DNA of 64,000 nt from Chthoniobacteraceae bacterium (lineage in GTDB: Bacteria > Verrucomicrobiota > Verrucomicrobiia > Chthoniobacterales > Chthoniobacteraceae): the NCBI GenBank assembly GCA_037190965.1, contig JBBCKI010000034.1:32001-96000 (forward strand), in the 5' to 3' direction. Below the pieces are notes generated by a model. That model saw only the letters and a program-made list of their open reading frames with translations, had not been told where the DNA came from and ran no database searches. Shown here piece by piece: positions 46,514 through 55,004 of the stretch. Position 1 is the stretch's first letter, and the number at the start of each line of letters is the position of its first letter. The position numbers and the translations under genes were made by a program.

Positions 46514-49381
46514 ATGAACTCGCACATCTTTGCCGCGTCCGACGACTTCGTCTCTCTCTTCGAGCGCGTTTTCGATGTCGCTGTCGTCGGGGCGGGACTC
46601 ATCGGTTTTGCCGCCGCGAGGGCATTGGCAAAGACCGGGGTTTCCGTGTGCTGGTTAGAGCCTTCCGGCGACCTGCTATGGGAGGTCTCCCGGGCCCTGG
46701 AAAACCGTTGCGCCACAGGGAAATCCTCGGCGGACTTGGAGCAGTGGCTCGATTCCCTGAGGGAATGGGAAGGTGTGCGCAATGGGTATTTCGACGCCGC
46801 ATTGGCGGAGATTGTTGCCGCTCGCGAGGCGGTGGCGTTGCGTCCACGCGTGGCCACTTTGTTTTATGCCGTTCCTGTTGCCGTGGAGCGTGTGGGCGAA
46901 GACATCGCCGCCGTCACTTTGATGACCAAGGGCGGGGCGCGGCCGGTTCGGGCGCGTCAATGGATCGACACCACGGAAACCGGGCAACTGGTCTCCCTTT
47001 GCGATCCGCAATCGACAGGTCAGGCGGGTCGGGAACCTTCGGCTTGTTTCGGGAGCATCGCCCTGCAATCGGCAGAGTGGGCGGAGTTTGAGCCGAAGTT
47101 GCAAAAGTTTTTGGGAGACCGGCCCGGAGTGCAGTTGCATCCCTCGGCGCGGATCAGCGAACGCCGCCTGATGATCCCCAACACCCCTGGTTCTTCGTGG
47201 CATCAGCGGGTCACCCAAGAGGTTGAGGCTCTACGCCAGGAATTTCCGGAGGCGAAGATTCTTGTCAGTCATATCTCCCTTCGCGACCTGCCTGTTTACC
47301 TCGCCACGGAGAACGCCCCTGCGGTTGAGCTTCCGTCCAATCTGCTTGTCCTCAGCCCGGCATGGAGTTCCGACCGGTTTGAGACGGCGGGCGACCGCTT
47401 TGCGGAAGGGACGACGGCTCCGGCGCGGTTGAAGCATCTTTCCCGGCTGGAAGGGGAGTTGCCGGTATTTGCCGCTGCAAATGCGATCTCCCCGGCCACC
47501 GAAGAGGTTTCCTGCGACGTTCTCGTTGCGGGAACCGGCACGGCGGGAACCGTCGCCGCGATTGCCGCCGCCCGCTCGGGGGCGAAAACGATCGCCCTGG
47601 AGCTGGCTTCCTTTCCCGGTGGGATCGGAGCCGGAGGCGGTATCAGTATCTATTTTCACGGCGCTTCGGGTGGCTTGCAGGACGAGCTCGATGCCGCGAC
47701 GGCACAGATTTCCGCGCTCCTCGGCGCCAAGTCCAGCACCGCGTCATGGCATCACGACGCGAAGAAGCTAGCCATCCGCGATCGGTTCGACGCGGCTGGT
47801 GTCGTCTTTCATGGCGAGACCCTGCTCTGCGGGGTGGATCGCGACGACGCGGGGAATGTTCTTTCGGTACTCGCCGCAAAAGAAGGGAGGGTGGTGCGGT
47901 ATCGTGCCAAGGCATTTATCGACAGCACCGGCGATGGTGATTTGTGCGTGCTGGCCGGGGCGGATTCCGTCAAGGGACGTCCCGGGGATGGGCGGACGCT
48001 TTCTTACAGCCAGGTCTCGCTCTTCATGAAGGAAAGTGAGGGCGCTTATTCCATCGGCATCCTCAACTATGACGCCGGGTGGGCCGACGCGACCGATCCC
48101 GAAGATTTCACCCGCGCCCGTCTCGAAGGGGTGTCGCTGCATCTTTATGGAGACTGGCCGGTGGAAGACCGCCCGTTCCTCCTTTCCCCGCTTCTCGGGG
48201 TGCGGCAAACCCGCCACATCATCACCGACGTGCAGATCACGATGGACGATCTGATTGTCCGCAGTCGGTTTGATGACGCGGTAGGCCGCGCGGAAGCCAT
48301 CGCCGACACGCATTCGGTCGACTACGAGTTCGAGTCGGACGACATGCTTTTCTATCTCTGGGTGTGCCGCAGCTTTTCCTATCCCTTGCAGACCGAGCTT
48401 CCCTACCGGATGCTCCTCCCGCAGGGGCTCAATAACGTCTGGGTGGCATGCCGGGCGGCAGGGGTGGATGTCGATGCCTCCTATTGCGTCCGGATGCAAA
48501 GAGACATGCAGCGGCTCGGCGAAGTGGCCGGGGTCGCCGCCGGTCTGTCAGTCAAGGGAGAGAAGGATACACGCCATCCGGATTGGGAGAATTTGCGGGA
48601 GGCATTGGAGAGATCCGGTGCCTATCGAAAGACCGCGCAGCCTGAGCATTCCCAGCCCACGGACGACGAGCTGTTGGCGCGCCTTGATTCCGGGGAGAGT
48701 GGCATACACCTTTGGCAATTGTCCCGCCGGGCCGACCTGCGTGATGACGTTGTATCGCGCCTGCGCTCGGTTTCGCCCTCGGTTACTTTTTACGCGGCTG
48801 CCGTTCTTGGCTTCCAGGGAGATTCCCGGGCTGAAGAGCGCCTGTTGCAGGCCATCAAGCATCGTGAAATCGGGGAGCGGCACAACCCCAAGGCAAGCCT
48901 CGGAGCATACGGGCAGGTCGTCGATATTCCTTTCTGGTTGCAGGCGGTCGCATTGCTGCGTCAATGCGGCACTCCTTGCTGCCTCCCGGTGTTGGACGGG
49001 TTGATTTCGACCGACAACCCTTTCAATGTTCGCACTCTTGCCGCATTGACGTTTGAGCGCCTTGCGGGGCGATATGGCCGGTTGCCGGGGATCGAGGCTG
49101 CCGTTGAGTCGCTGCTGGCCACCGAAGACGTTTCGAGTTCTCAACTCGCCCCCTCGCGCTCTCTTTGGAAGACGCTTCACGGAGAGGCGCAAAGCTTCGC
49201 GGCTTCATGGGGTGTTGACGCCCGGCAAGACCATTCCTGGCAGCTTTGCCTGATCGCCGTTCGCATTGCAAATCTTCTGGGAATGGAGTTCCCTGCCAAG
49301 GCGCGTCGCTACCTGCGCGATCCTCGCACCTATGTTCGCGAAGCTTTTGTGATCCATAGCCCCAAACCTTCCTCCCTATGA
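46514..49381 (+). CDS. FAD-dependent oxidoreductase with two Rossmann modules and a C-terminal HEAT-like region
   Basis: DVAVVGAGLIG and DVLVAGTGTAG..AAIAAAR.G; WIDTTE and FIDSTGDGDL; R.TRHI, LPYRMLLP, VRMQRDM..LGE. Confidence 0.85.
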   Translation: MNSHIFAASDDFVSLFERVFDVAVVGAGLIGFAAARALAKTGVSVCWLEPSGDLLWEVSRALENRCATGKSSADLEQWLDSLREWEGVRNGYFDAALAEIVAAREAVALRPRVATLFYAVPVAVERVGEDIAAVTLMTKGGARPVRARQWIDTTETGQLVSLCDPQSTGQAGREPSACFGSIALQSAEWAEFEPKLQKFLGDRPGVQLHPSARISERRLMIPNTPGSSWHQRVTQEVEALRQEFPEAKILVSHISLRDLPVYLATENAPAVELPSNLLVLSPAWSSDRFETAGDRFAEGTTAPARLKHLSRLEGELPVFAAANAISPATEEVSCDVLVAGTGTAGTVAAIAAARSGAKTIALELASFPGGIGAGGGISIYFHGASGGLQDELDAATAQISALLGAKSSTASWHHDAKKLAIRDRFDAAGVVFHGETLLCGVDRDDAGNVLSVLAAKEGRVVRYRAKAFIDSTGDGDLCVLAGADSVKGRPGDGRTLSYSQVSLFMKESEGAYSIGILNYDAGWADATDPEDFTRARLEGVSLHLYGDWPVEDRPFLLSPLLGVRQTRHIITDVQITMDDLIVRSRFDDAVGRAEAIADTHSVDYEFESDDMLFYLWVCRSFSYPLQTELPYRMLLPQGLNNVWVACRAAGVDVDASYCVRMQRDMQRLGEVAGVAAGLSVKGEKDTRHPDWENLREALERSGAYRKTAQPEHSQPTDDELLARLDSGESGIHLWQLSRRADLRDDVVSRLRSVSPSVTFYAAAVLGFQGDSRAEERLLQAIKHREIGERHNPKASLGAYGQVVDIPFWLQAVALLRQCGTPCCLPVLDGLISTDNPFNVRTLAALTFERLAGRYGRLPGIEAAVESLLATEDVSSSQLAPSRSLWKTLHGEAQSFAASWGVDARQDHSWQLCLIAVRIANLLGMEFPAKARRYLRDPRTYVREAFVIHSPKPSSL

Positions 49382-50682
49382 AACTCTCTTTTTCCAAAGC
49401 AGCCCTCGGTCTCCTTTTCTCCGTTTACTCGCTGGTCCAAACCAATGCTTTTGAGTTGAAGCAGGGCGACCTCTGGGTCATGGCGGGGGATAGCATTACC
49501 GCCCAACGCCTGCACAGCAACTATATCGAGGCGTTTTTGCGGACGCGTTATCCCGAACTGGGCCTTCAGTTTCGCAACGCGGGTGTCAGCGGCAATCGCG
49601 CCGCTGACCTTCTCAAGCGTTTCGATTATGACGTCGCCGCATGGAAACCGACCGTCGTCAGCATTGAATTGGGAATGAACGATACGGCAGGCGCGGCCCC
49701 TCTCGAAGCCTATGTCACGGACATGAAAGAGCTGGCCGTAAAACTGAAGGCGCTTAACGTCAGGCCGATCTTCATTTCTTCGTCGCCGGTCAACGACGGC
49801 AGTCTGACGGTGGGCTGGATCTCCGAGCGCAACCGGAATATCCGGCGCTGGACCGACGCTTTGCAGGAGATGGCCCAAAAGGAGGGAGTGCCCGTGATCG
49901 ACCAGTACGGGCACCTGGTTGATTTCTGGGGGAAAAACCAGATCCTTCTCGATGCCACGCGCCTTGCCGACCGCGCAAAGCTCCTTCAACCTACAGAGAA
50001 GATCTCCGGGCTGGCCGAGTTGCAGGCTTTCGCCAAGGCATGGGCTCCCGAACGCCCCGGCATTGCGTTGGGAGGGGACGCGGTTCATCCCGGCCCCATC
50101 GGCCAATACACCATGGCCGCGGTGATCCTGAAGGAGTTGGGAGTTGATCCGGAAGTGAGTTCCGCCACGTTGAATGCCAATGGAACGCTTGGGGAAACCC
50201 GTCGCTGCACTATTACCGAAATTTCCTCCAGCCCCGGGGAGCTTTCCTTTACCCGGCTTGACGAACGGCAGCCCTGGCCCATCGCAAAAAAAGACCTTCC
50301 TGACGTCTTGAAGATCATGCCGGAGATCACCGAGCTTTCCCGCTACATGCTTTGCGTCAAGGGGCTTCCTGAGGGAAGCTACTCCATCAGCATGGATGGA
50401 GAGCCGGTCACCACAGCCTCCCGGCAGCAACTTGAGGAAGGCATCAACCTGGGCGTCACTGAAGTTGGGCCGATCGCCAAACGAGCCCAGCGGATCTACG
50501 ACACGATTGACGGACTGCAAGCCTACTTCAACCAGCAGTGGCGGAACGCGAGCAAGGAAGGGGATCGTGAGAAACAGGCGGCCGTTGCCTTGCAGATCGA
50601 GGAGAAGGAAACGCTTCTTCGACAGCTTTCCCAGCCCGAAGCGATCCGGTATCGCATTGTTCGCGAGGAGGTTGCGAAGTAG
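49378..50682 (+). CDS. Secreted SGNH/GDSL hydrolase (putative carbohydrate acetyl-esterase)
   Basis: GDSIT, NAGVSG, LGMND and DAVHP blocks; signal peptide. Confidence 0.9.
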   Translation: MKLSFSKAALGLLFSVYSLVQTNAFELKQGDLWVMAGDSITAQRLHSNYIEAFLRTRYPELGLQFRNAGVSGNRAADLLKRFDYDVAAWKPTVVSIELGMNDTAGAAPLEAYVTDMKELAVKLKALNVRPIFISSSPVNDGSLTVGWISERNRNIRRWTDALQEMAQKEGVPVIDQYGHLVDFWGKNQILLDATRLADRAKLLQPTEKISGLAELQAFAKAWAPERPGIALGGDAVHPGPIGQYTMAAVILKELGVDPEVSSATLNANGTLGETRRCTITEISSSPGELSFTRLDERQPWPIAKKDLPDVLKIMPEITELSRYMLCVKGLPEGSYSISMDGEPVTTASRQQLEEGINLGVTEVGPIAKRAQRIYDTIDGLQAYFNQQWRNASKEGDREKQAAVALQIEEKETLLRQLSQPEAIRYRIVREEVAK

Positions 50683-50786
50683 TTAGGGGGTTTTATACAC
50701 GGCGGGAGGAGCCTCGGGGAGGTGACCTGCACGCACTTTTGAGGACGGCTTGCAGCGCGTCATTCCATCGGGCAGGATCGGGCCCC

Positions 50787-51383
50787 ATGCCGTTTCATTC
50801 TTTCGTTCAGGACGGGGAGGGTTGGAAGACGCTCGAAGAGAAGAGGGTCTATTCGAGCCCATTTATGCAGGTGCAGGAGATGAAGGTGCAGACGCCGACC
50901 CGCCCTCAAGGGGCACACTGGACGGTGGTGCACCGGAAGGCGGCTTGTGTGGTCGTTCCGGTTTTGGAAAACGGCGACTTCCTTCTCATCCGGCAGGAGC
51001 GCGTGCCGGTGCGCCAGGCCTTGTGGGAGTTTCCCGCCGGGCAGATCGACGTCGAGGAGGGTGATTTTGACCGTTCCGTGGCCCGGAATGGCGTTCGGGA
51101 GATGCAGGAGGAAACCGGGTACGAATTGGCCCCAGGCTTCGAAATCATCCGAATGGGCCATTTTTTTACCTCTCCCGGGATGACCGACGAAGTCTGCCAT
51201 CTGATGCTGGCGCGGGGGGTGACACCCAGTCCGAAGGGGACGCAGCATGACAAGGAGGAGGCAATCACGGAATGCCGGGCCGTGTCCCCTTCGAAGCTCA
51301 AGGAAATGATCGGAGAGGGCCGGATCTGTGACGCGAACAGCCTTGCGGCTTTTGCCCGGATGGTGGCGATGGGTCTCTTGTAA
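50787..51383 (+). CDS. NUDIX hydrolase (ADP-ribose pyrophosphatase-like)
   Basis: WEFPAGQID...REMQEETGY Nudix box; SPG..DE; start re-called at ATG 50787. Confidence 0.9.
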   Translation: MPFHSFVQDGEGWKTLEEKRVYSSPFMQVQEMKVQTPTRPQGAHWTVVHRKAACVVVPVLENGDFLLIRQERVPVRQALWEFPAGQIDVEEGDFDRSVARNGVREMQEETGYELAPGFEIIRMGHFFTSPGMTDEVCHLMLARGVTPSPKGTQHDKEEAITECRAVSPSKLKEMIGEGRICDANSLAAFARMVAMGLL

Positions 51384-51417
51384 AGTCCGGTCGGCTCTGT
51401 TAGTTTCCGCCTTCCCA

Positions 51418-52230
51418 ATGACGTTTCTGCAGCGCTTTTTCCAGCTTCGCGAAGAGTCCGATGAGGCCAAGCCGTTCCTCCAGCATCTGGAGGAGCTTCG
51501 GTTCATGCTCATCAAGATGGGATTGACGCTGGTGGCCTGCATGATGGGCAGCCTCCTTTTCCGGCATGAGCTGGTGCAGATCCTTCAGCAACCGCTGCAC
51601 AAGGTTGATCCGGAACTCGTCGCCAAGCTCCAGACGCTGGGGGTGGCCGATTCGATGACGATTTCGTTCCATCTCGCCTTTTACGCGGGCTTGGTGATTT
51701 CATTCCCTCTGCTCCTTTTCTTTTTCGCCCAATTCGTGGTTCCGGCCCTTACCCGAAAGGAAAAGAAGTACGTTTTTCCCGGCATCGCCATCGGTTTTTT
51801 CCTTTTCCTGACCGGGGTGGTTTTTTGCTATTTTTACGTCCTCCCGGAGACATTGAAGTTCTTCAACCAGGATGCCCGCTCGTTGGCGTGGACCCCCACT
51901 TGGACGGTGCGCGAGTATTTCTCGTTCGTGACACGGATGCTCCTTGCCTTCGGCCTTGCCTCGGAGCTTCCCGTTGCGGTCATGACCCTTGTGGCGCTTG
52001 GGTTTGTCTCTTTTGAACTTCTCAACCGCACGCGCCCCTACGCCGTTGTGTTGATTCTGGTGCTTGCCGCCATCATCGCGCCGACGCCGGACGTCGTCAC
52101 CTTCCTTTCGCTGGGCATCCCGATGTGCCTGCTTTACGAGGGATGCATCTGGATTGCGTGGGTGATCGATCGCCGCCGCCTGAGGCGGCTTGAACGCGCC
52201 GCGGCATTGGAAGAAACTTCAAATCCCTGA
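51418..52230 (+). CDS. tatC: Twin-arginine translocase subunit TatC
   Basis: PFLQHLEELR, FVVPAL...EKK, FG...ELP, AAIIAPTPD and PM.LLYE; start re-called at ATG 51418. Confidence 0.95.
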   Translation: MTFLQRFFQLREESDEAKPFLQHLEELRFMLIKMGLTLVACMMGSLLFRHELVQILQQPLHKVDPELVAKLQTLGVADSMTISFHLAFYAGLVISFPLLLFFFAQFVVPALTRKEKKYVFPGIAIGFFLFLTGVVFCYFYVLPETLKFFNQDARSLAWTPTWTVREYFSFVTRMLLAFGLASELPVAVMTLVALGFVSFELLNRTRPYAVVLILVLAAIIAPTPDVVTFLSLGIPMCLLYEGCIWIAWVIDRRRLRRLERAAALEETSNP

Positions 52231-52232
52231 TC

Positions 52233-53810
52233 ATGACGCGCCGTTGCTTCCCTCCACGCTGGAGTCGGTTTCTGTGGGCCGTCGGCTCGTTGCTCCTGTC
52301 ATGCGATCCGAGCTTTGCCGCAGGGGTTCTGAAGCTTGCGGAGGCCGACGAGGCGGCATTGAAAGCGATTGATGAGGTCCGGGCCTCCGAGCCGGGCTTG
52401 CCGAGGATCGACGTCCTGCCTGTTGCCGTTGCGGCGGGGCCGATTTCCCTGACGCTCGGCCGCGCCGTGGAGATTGCCCTCGCCAATAACGCCGCCATGC
52501 AGACGCGTCGCGAGCGGGTGAAGCTCGACGCGCTGGAGCTGGTCGCCATTCGCCGTGGCTATGGGCCCCAGTGGCGGGCGGGCATCACGGCGGTTCGTCG
52601 CGAAGTCGGGGTCACGCTCGACGACTCCCGGACGGCTTCGCAATTCACCGACTCTTTCCAATCGCTCGGTGTCTCCCAGCGGCTTCCCTTTGGCGGGGCG
52701 GTTTCCCTCGATTTCGGGGGCGCTTTTTCGCAGAGGGACAATACCGAGGGGGATTATTCGCCGCGTGCCGTTGTTTCTTTGACGCAGCCGCTGTTGCGCG
52801 GCGCGGGTCGTGATCTCCAGCAGGAGCCGCTTACGGAAGCCAAACGAAATCTTCTCTACTCCCTGCGCGGCTACAAGCTGGCTTCCGAGGACTTTGTCAT
52901 CGGCGTCATCAACGATTTCCTGCTCCTCCAGAACCTGCGGGCAAAGATCCGCAGCACCGAGGCGAAACGCGACGCTTTCGACCACCTCATCAAGCGTTCC
53001 CGGACATTTTTCGAACTGGGTCGGGAATCCGAGATCGAAACGCTCCGCGCGACTCAGGAGAGCCTCCTCGTCCAACAGCAGTTGCTGAACCTGGAGCTGG
53101 AACTCAAGAACCGGCTGGAGCTGTTTGCGATCACTTTGAACCTTGGCTCCGGAGCCTCGCTGGAGATGGCGGAGTTCGAGATTCCTTTTCAAAAAGTTGA
53201 GCACGAGAGCGAAGAGGCCGTCCGGCTTGCTTTGCTGGCGCGACCCGACCTCCGGAGCGCCGCCGCCGCCGTGGAAGACAGCGCCCGCAGGCTGAAGTTC
53301 GCGAAGCGCAATCTGCTGCCCGATCTCGGCATCAACTTGAAGGCCAACGCCGCCAACACCGGCGTGCGCACCGGCAGCGGCGTCATCACTGAGGAATATT
53401 CGGCGGGGCTCACCTTGTCGCTGCCGCTGGAGCGTTCCAACGAGCGGCTCGCCGTCTATGGTGCGTTGCAGACGCTCTCGCAGAACGAACGGGCGCTCGA
53501 GATGGCGCGGGCGACGGTCTCCGCCGGAGTCCGCTACGGGGTCAATCGGATCAAGAGTTACGAGAACGCGTTGGAGATCCAGGATTCGATCGTGCAGGCC
53601 AGCGCCAAAGGCGTCGGGCTCGCCGGGTTCCGCTTCGAGCGGGGACAGGCTTCGAATCGGAATGTAATCGACGCCAATACCATTCTTTCCAATGCCGTCA
53701 ATGCGCGGCTTGACCTCCGGCTCGCCCACTACATTGCCACCCTGCAATTGCGGCGCGATACGGGACGCCTGGAGGCGATTCCCTCCGGGCTGTTTGTGCA
53801 ATCCAACTAG
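52233..53810 (+). CDS. TolC-family outer-membrane efflux protein
   Basis: LTL..AVEIALANN, LTQPLLRG, A...RPDL, NLLPDL, LSLPL and RFERG; two OEP repeats. Confidence 0.88.
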   Translation: MTRRCFPPRWSRFLWAVGSLLLSCDPSFAAGVLKLAEADEAALKAIDEVRASEPGLPRIDVLPVAVAAGPISLTLGRAVEIALANNAAMQTRRERVKLDALELVAIRRGYGPQWRAGITAVRREVGVTLDDSRTASQFTDSFQSLGVSQRLPFGGAVSLDFGGAFSQRDNTEGDYSPRAVVSLTQPLLRGAGRDLQQEPLTEAKRNLLYSLRGYKLASEDFVIGVINDFLLLQNLRAKIRSTEAKRDAFDHLIKRSRTFFELGRESEIETLRATQESLLVQQQLLNLELELKNRLELFAITLNLGSGASLEMAEFEIPFQKVEHESEEAVRLALLARPDLRSAAAAVEDSARRLKFAKRNLLPDLGINLKANAANTGVRTGSGVITEEYSAGLTLSLPLERSNERLAVYGALQTLSQNERALEMARATVSAGVRYGVNRIKSYENALEIQDSIVQASAKGVGLAGFRFERGQASNRNVIDANTILSNAVNARLDLRLAHYIATLQLRRDTGRLEAIPSGLFVQSN

Positions 53811-53837
53811 ATAGATGACGCATCTAGCTTTCTAATC

Positions 53838-54725
53838 ATGAATTCTCGTCTCCCTCGTCTTTCCATTCTCGCACTGGCGGCTTGCGCCTCAACCGGGTTT
53901 GCCGAACCCAAGTCTGCCTCGGAAAAGGGAATACCGATCACGAACACTTTGCCCGAGTCCGCCGTGCTTCAGTATATCGCACCCGAGGGGCGTGTGCGCA
54001 GGGGAGAGATCATCGTCGTGCTCGACTGTAAAGCGGCGGCCCAAAAGAAGCGGGAGACCGAGGCGGCCATTGCGGAAAAGCGCGCCGCCTTGCAGGAGGG
54101 CGAGGAGAGCCTGGCGTCCGCAAAAGGGGAAGGCGCGGCTCGAATTGCGGAGGTCGAGCAGGAAGTGAAAGACGCCGAGCGGGCGCTCAACAAGTACAAT
54201 GAAGGCGACGGCCCCGTGGCAGAGTTGGCGTTGCAACTCGCTCTTCATGACGCCGAGGCAGCCTGGAAGCAGCAGTCCGAACGCTTCAATGCCCGCGACA
54301 AGCTGCTTGAGGAGGGATTTATCCAAAAGGTCGAATACAATAACGAAGAGGTGCTGCTAAAGAGGACAAAGCTTGTCCTCGATTCGGCGAAGCTGAAACT
54401 TGCCACCTTCACCAAGTTCGAGAAGGAGCAGACGGCGGACGAACACGCCCGGACGCTGGAAGCGAAGAAAGTGGCGGTGGAAAAACTGCGGAGCAAGATC
54501 GTGGCACTGGAGGTCGCCTCCGAAGCGGCGGCGGAGAGGATCCGCAAAAATATCAAAGCCTTGGAAGAGGAGCGGGATGCCTGCAACGCGCTCCTTCAGA
54601 AAGCCGTCGTCAGAGCCTTGGGAGACGGCACTTTCGCCCACGGCGATCCCGGTCGCCCGGCGCTGAAAGCCGAACGGGGCGAAGCGGTTTCCGCAGGACA
54701 GGTTCTCGGTGTGATCCGGGAGTAA
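53838..54725 (+). CDS. HlyD/MFP-like periplasmic adaptor (lipoyl halves plus long alpha-hairpin only)
   Basis: Signal peptide; PEGRVRRGEIIVVLD, long coiled coil, VVRA..DG and GEAVSAGQVL, then stop. Confidence 0.75.
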   Translation: MNSRLPRLSILALAACASTGFAEPKSASEKGIPITNTLPESAVLQYIAPEGRVRRGEIIVVLDCKAAAQKKRETEAAIAEKRAALQEGEESLASAKGEGAARIAEVEQEVKDAERALNKYNEGDGPVAELALQLALHDAEAAWKQQSERFNARDKLLEEGFIQKVEYNNEEVLLKRTKLVLDSAKLKLATFTKFEKEQTADEHARTLEAKKVAVEKLRSKIVALEVASEAAAERIRKNIKALEEERDACNALLQKAVVRALGDGTFAHGDPGRPALKAERGEAVSAGQVLGVIRE

Positions 54726-54743
54726 CCTTCCCCGGAATCAGAG

Positions 54744-54891
54744 GGTAGTCCGCTCTCGCCGAGAGCGCGGGATCGGTGAAGAGTCGCGTTTGGCGTTCAT
54801 CCCCGCAGGGCTGTTGACTGCGGATGTGGCGTTGCCACGGAGTCGATGCCCACGCTCGGCGGCGCGACGGACCCGCCGGTGCTGCCGCACC
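54744..54891 (+). repeat. REPIN-like element, copy 2
   Basis: GTAGTCCGCTCTCGCCGAGAGCGCGGG at 54745; internal CGTTTGGCGTTCATCCCCGCAGG; degenerate inverted arm; terminal CCGGTGCTGCCGCACC. Confidence 0.75.
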
Positions 54892-55004
54892 ACTTTGCAG
54901 GTCGCGTCTTCGGAAATTCGCGTAGTCATCTTCGCTTGCCGCGCGGGGTCGCCGGCTGATAAAATCTGCAGCGAACGCTTCCCGTTTTTTTCCTCCTTTC
55001 CTTT

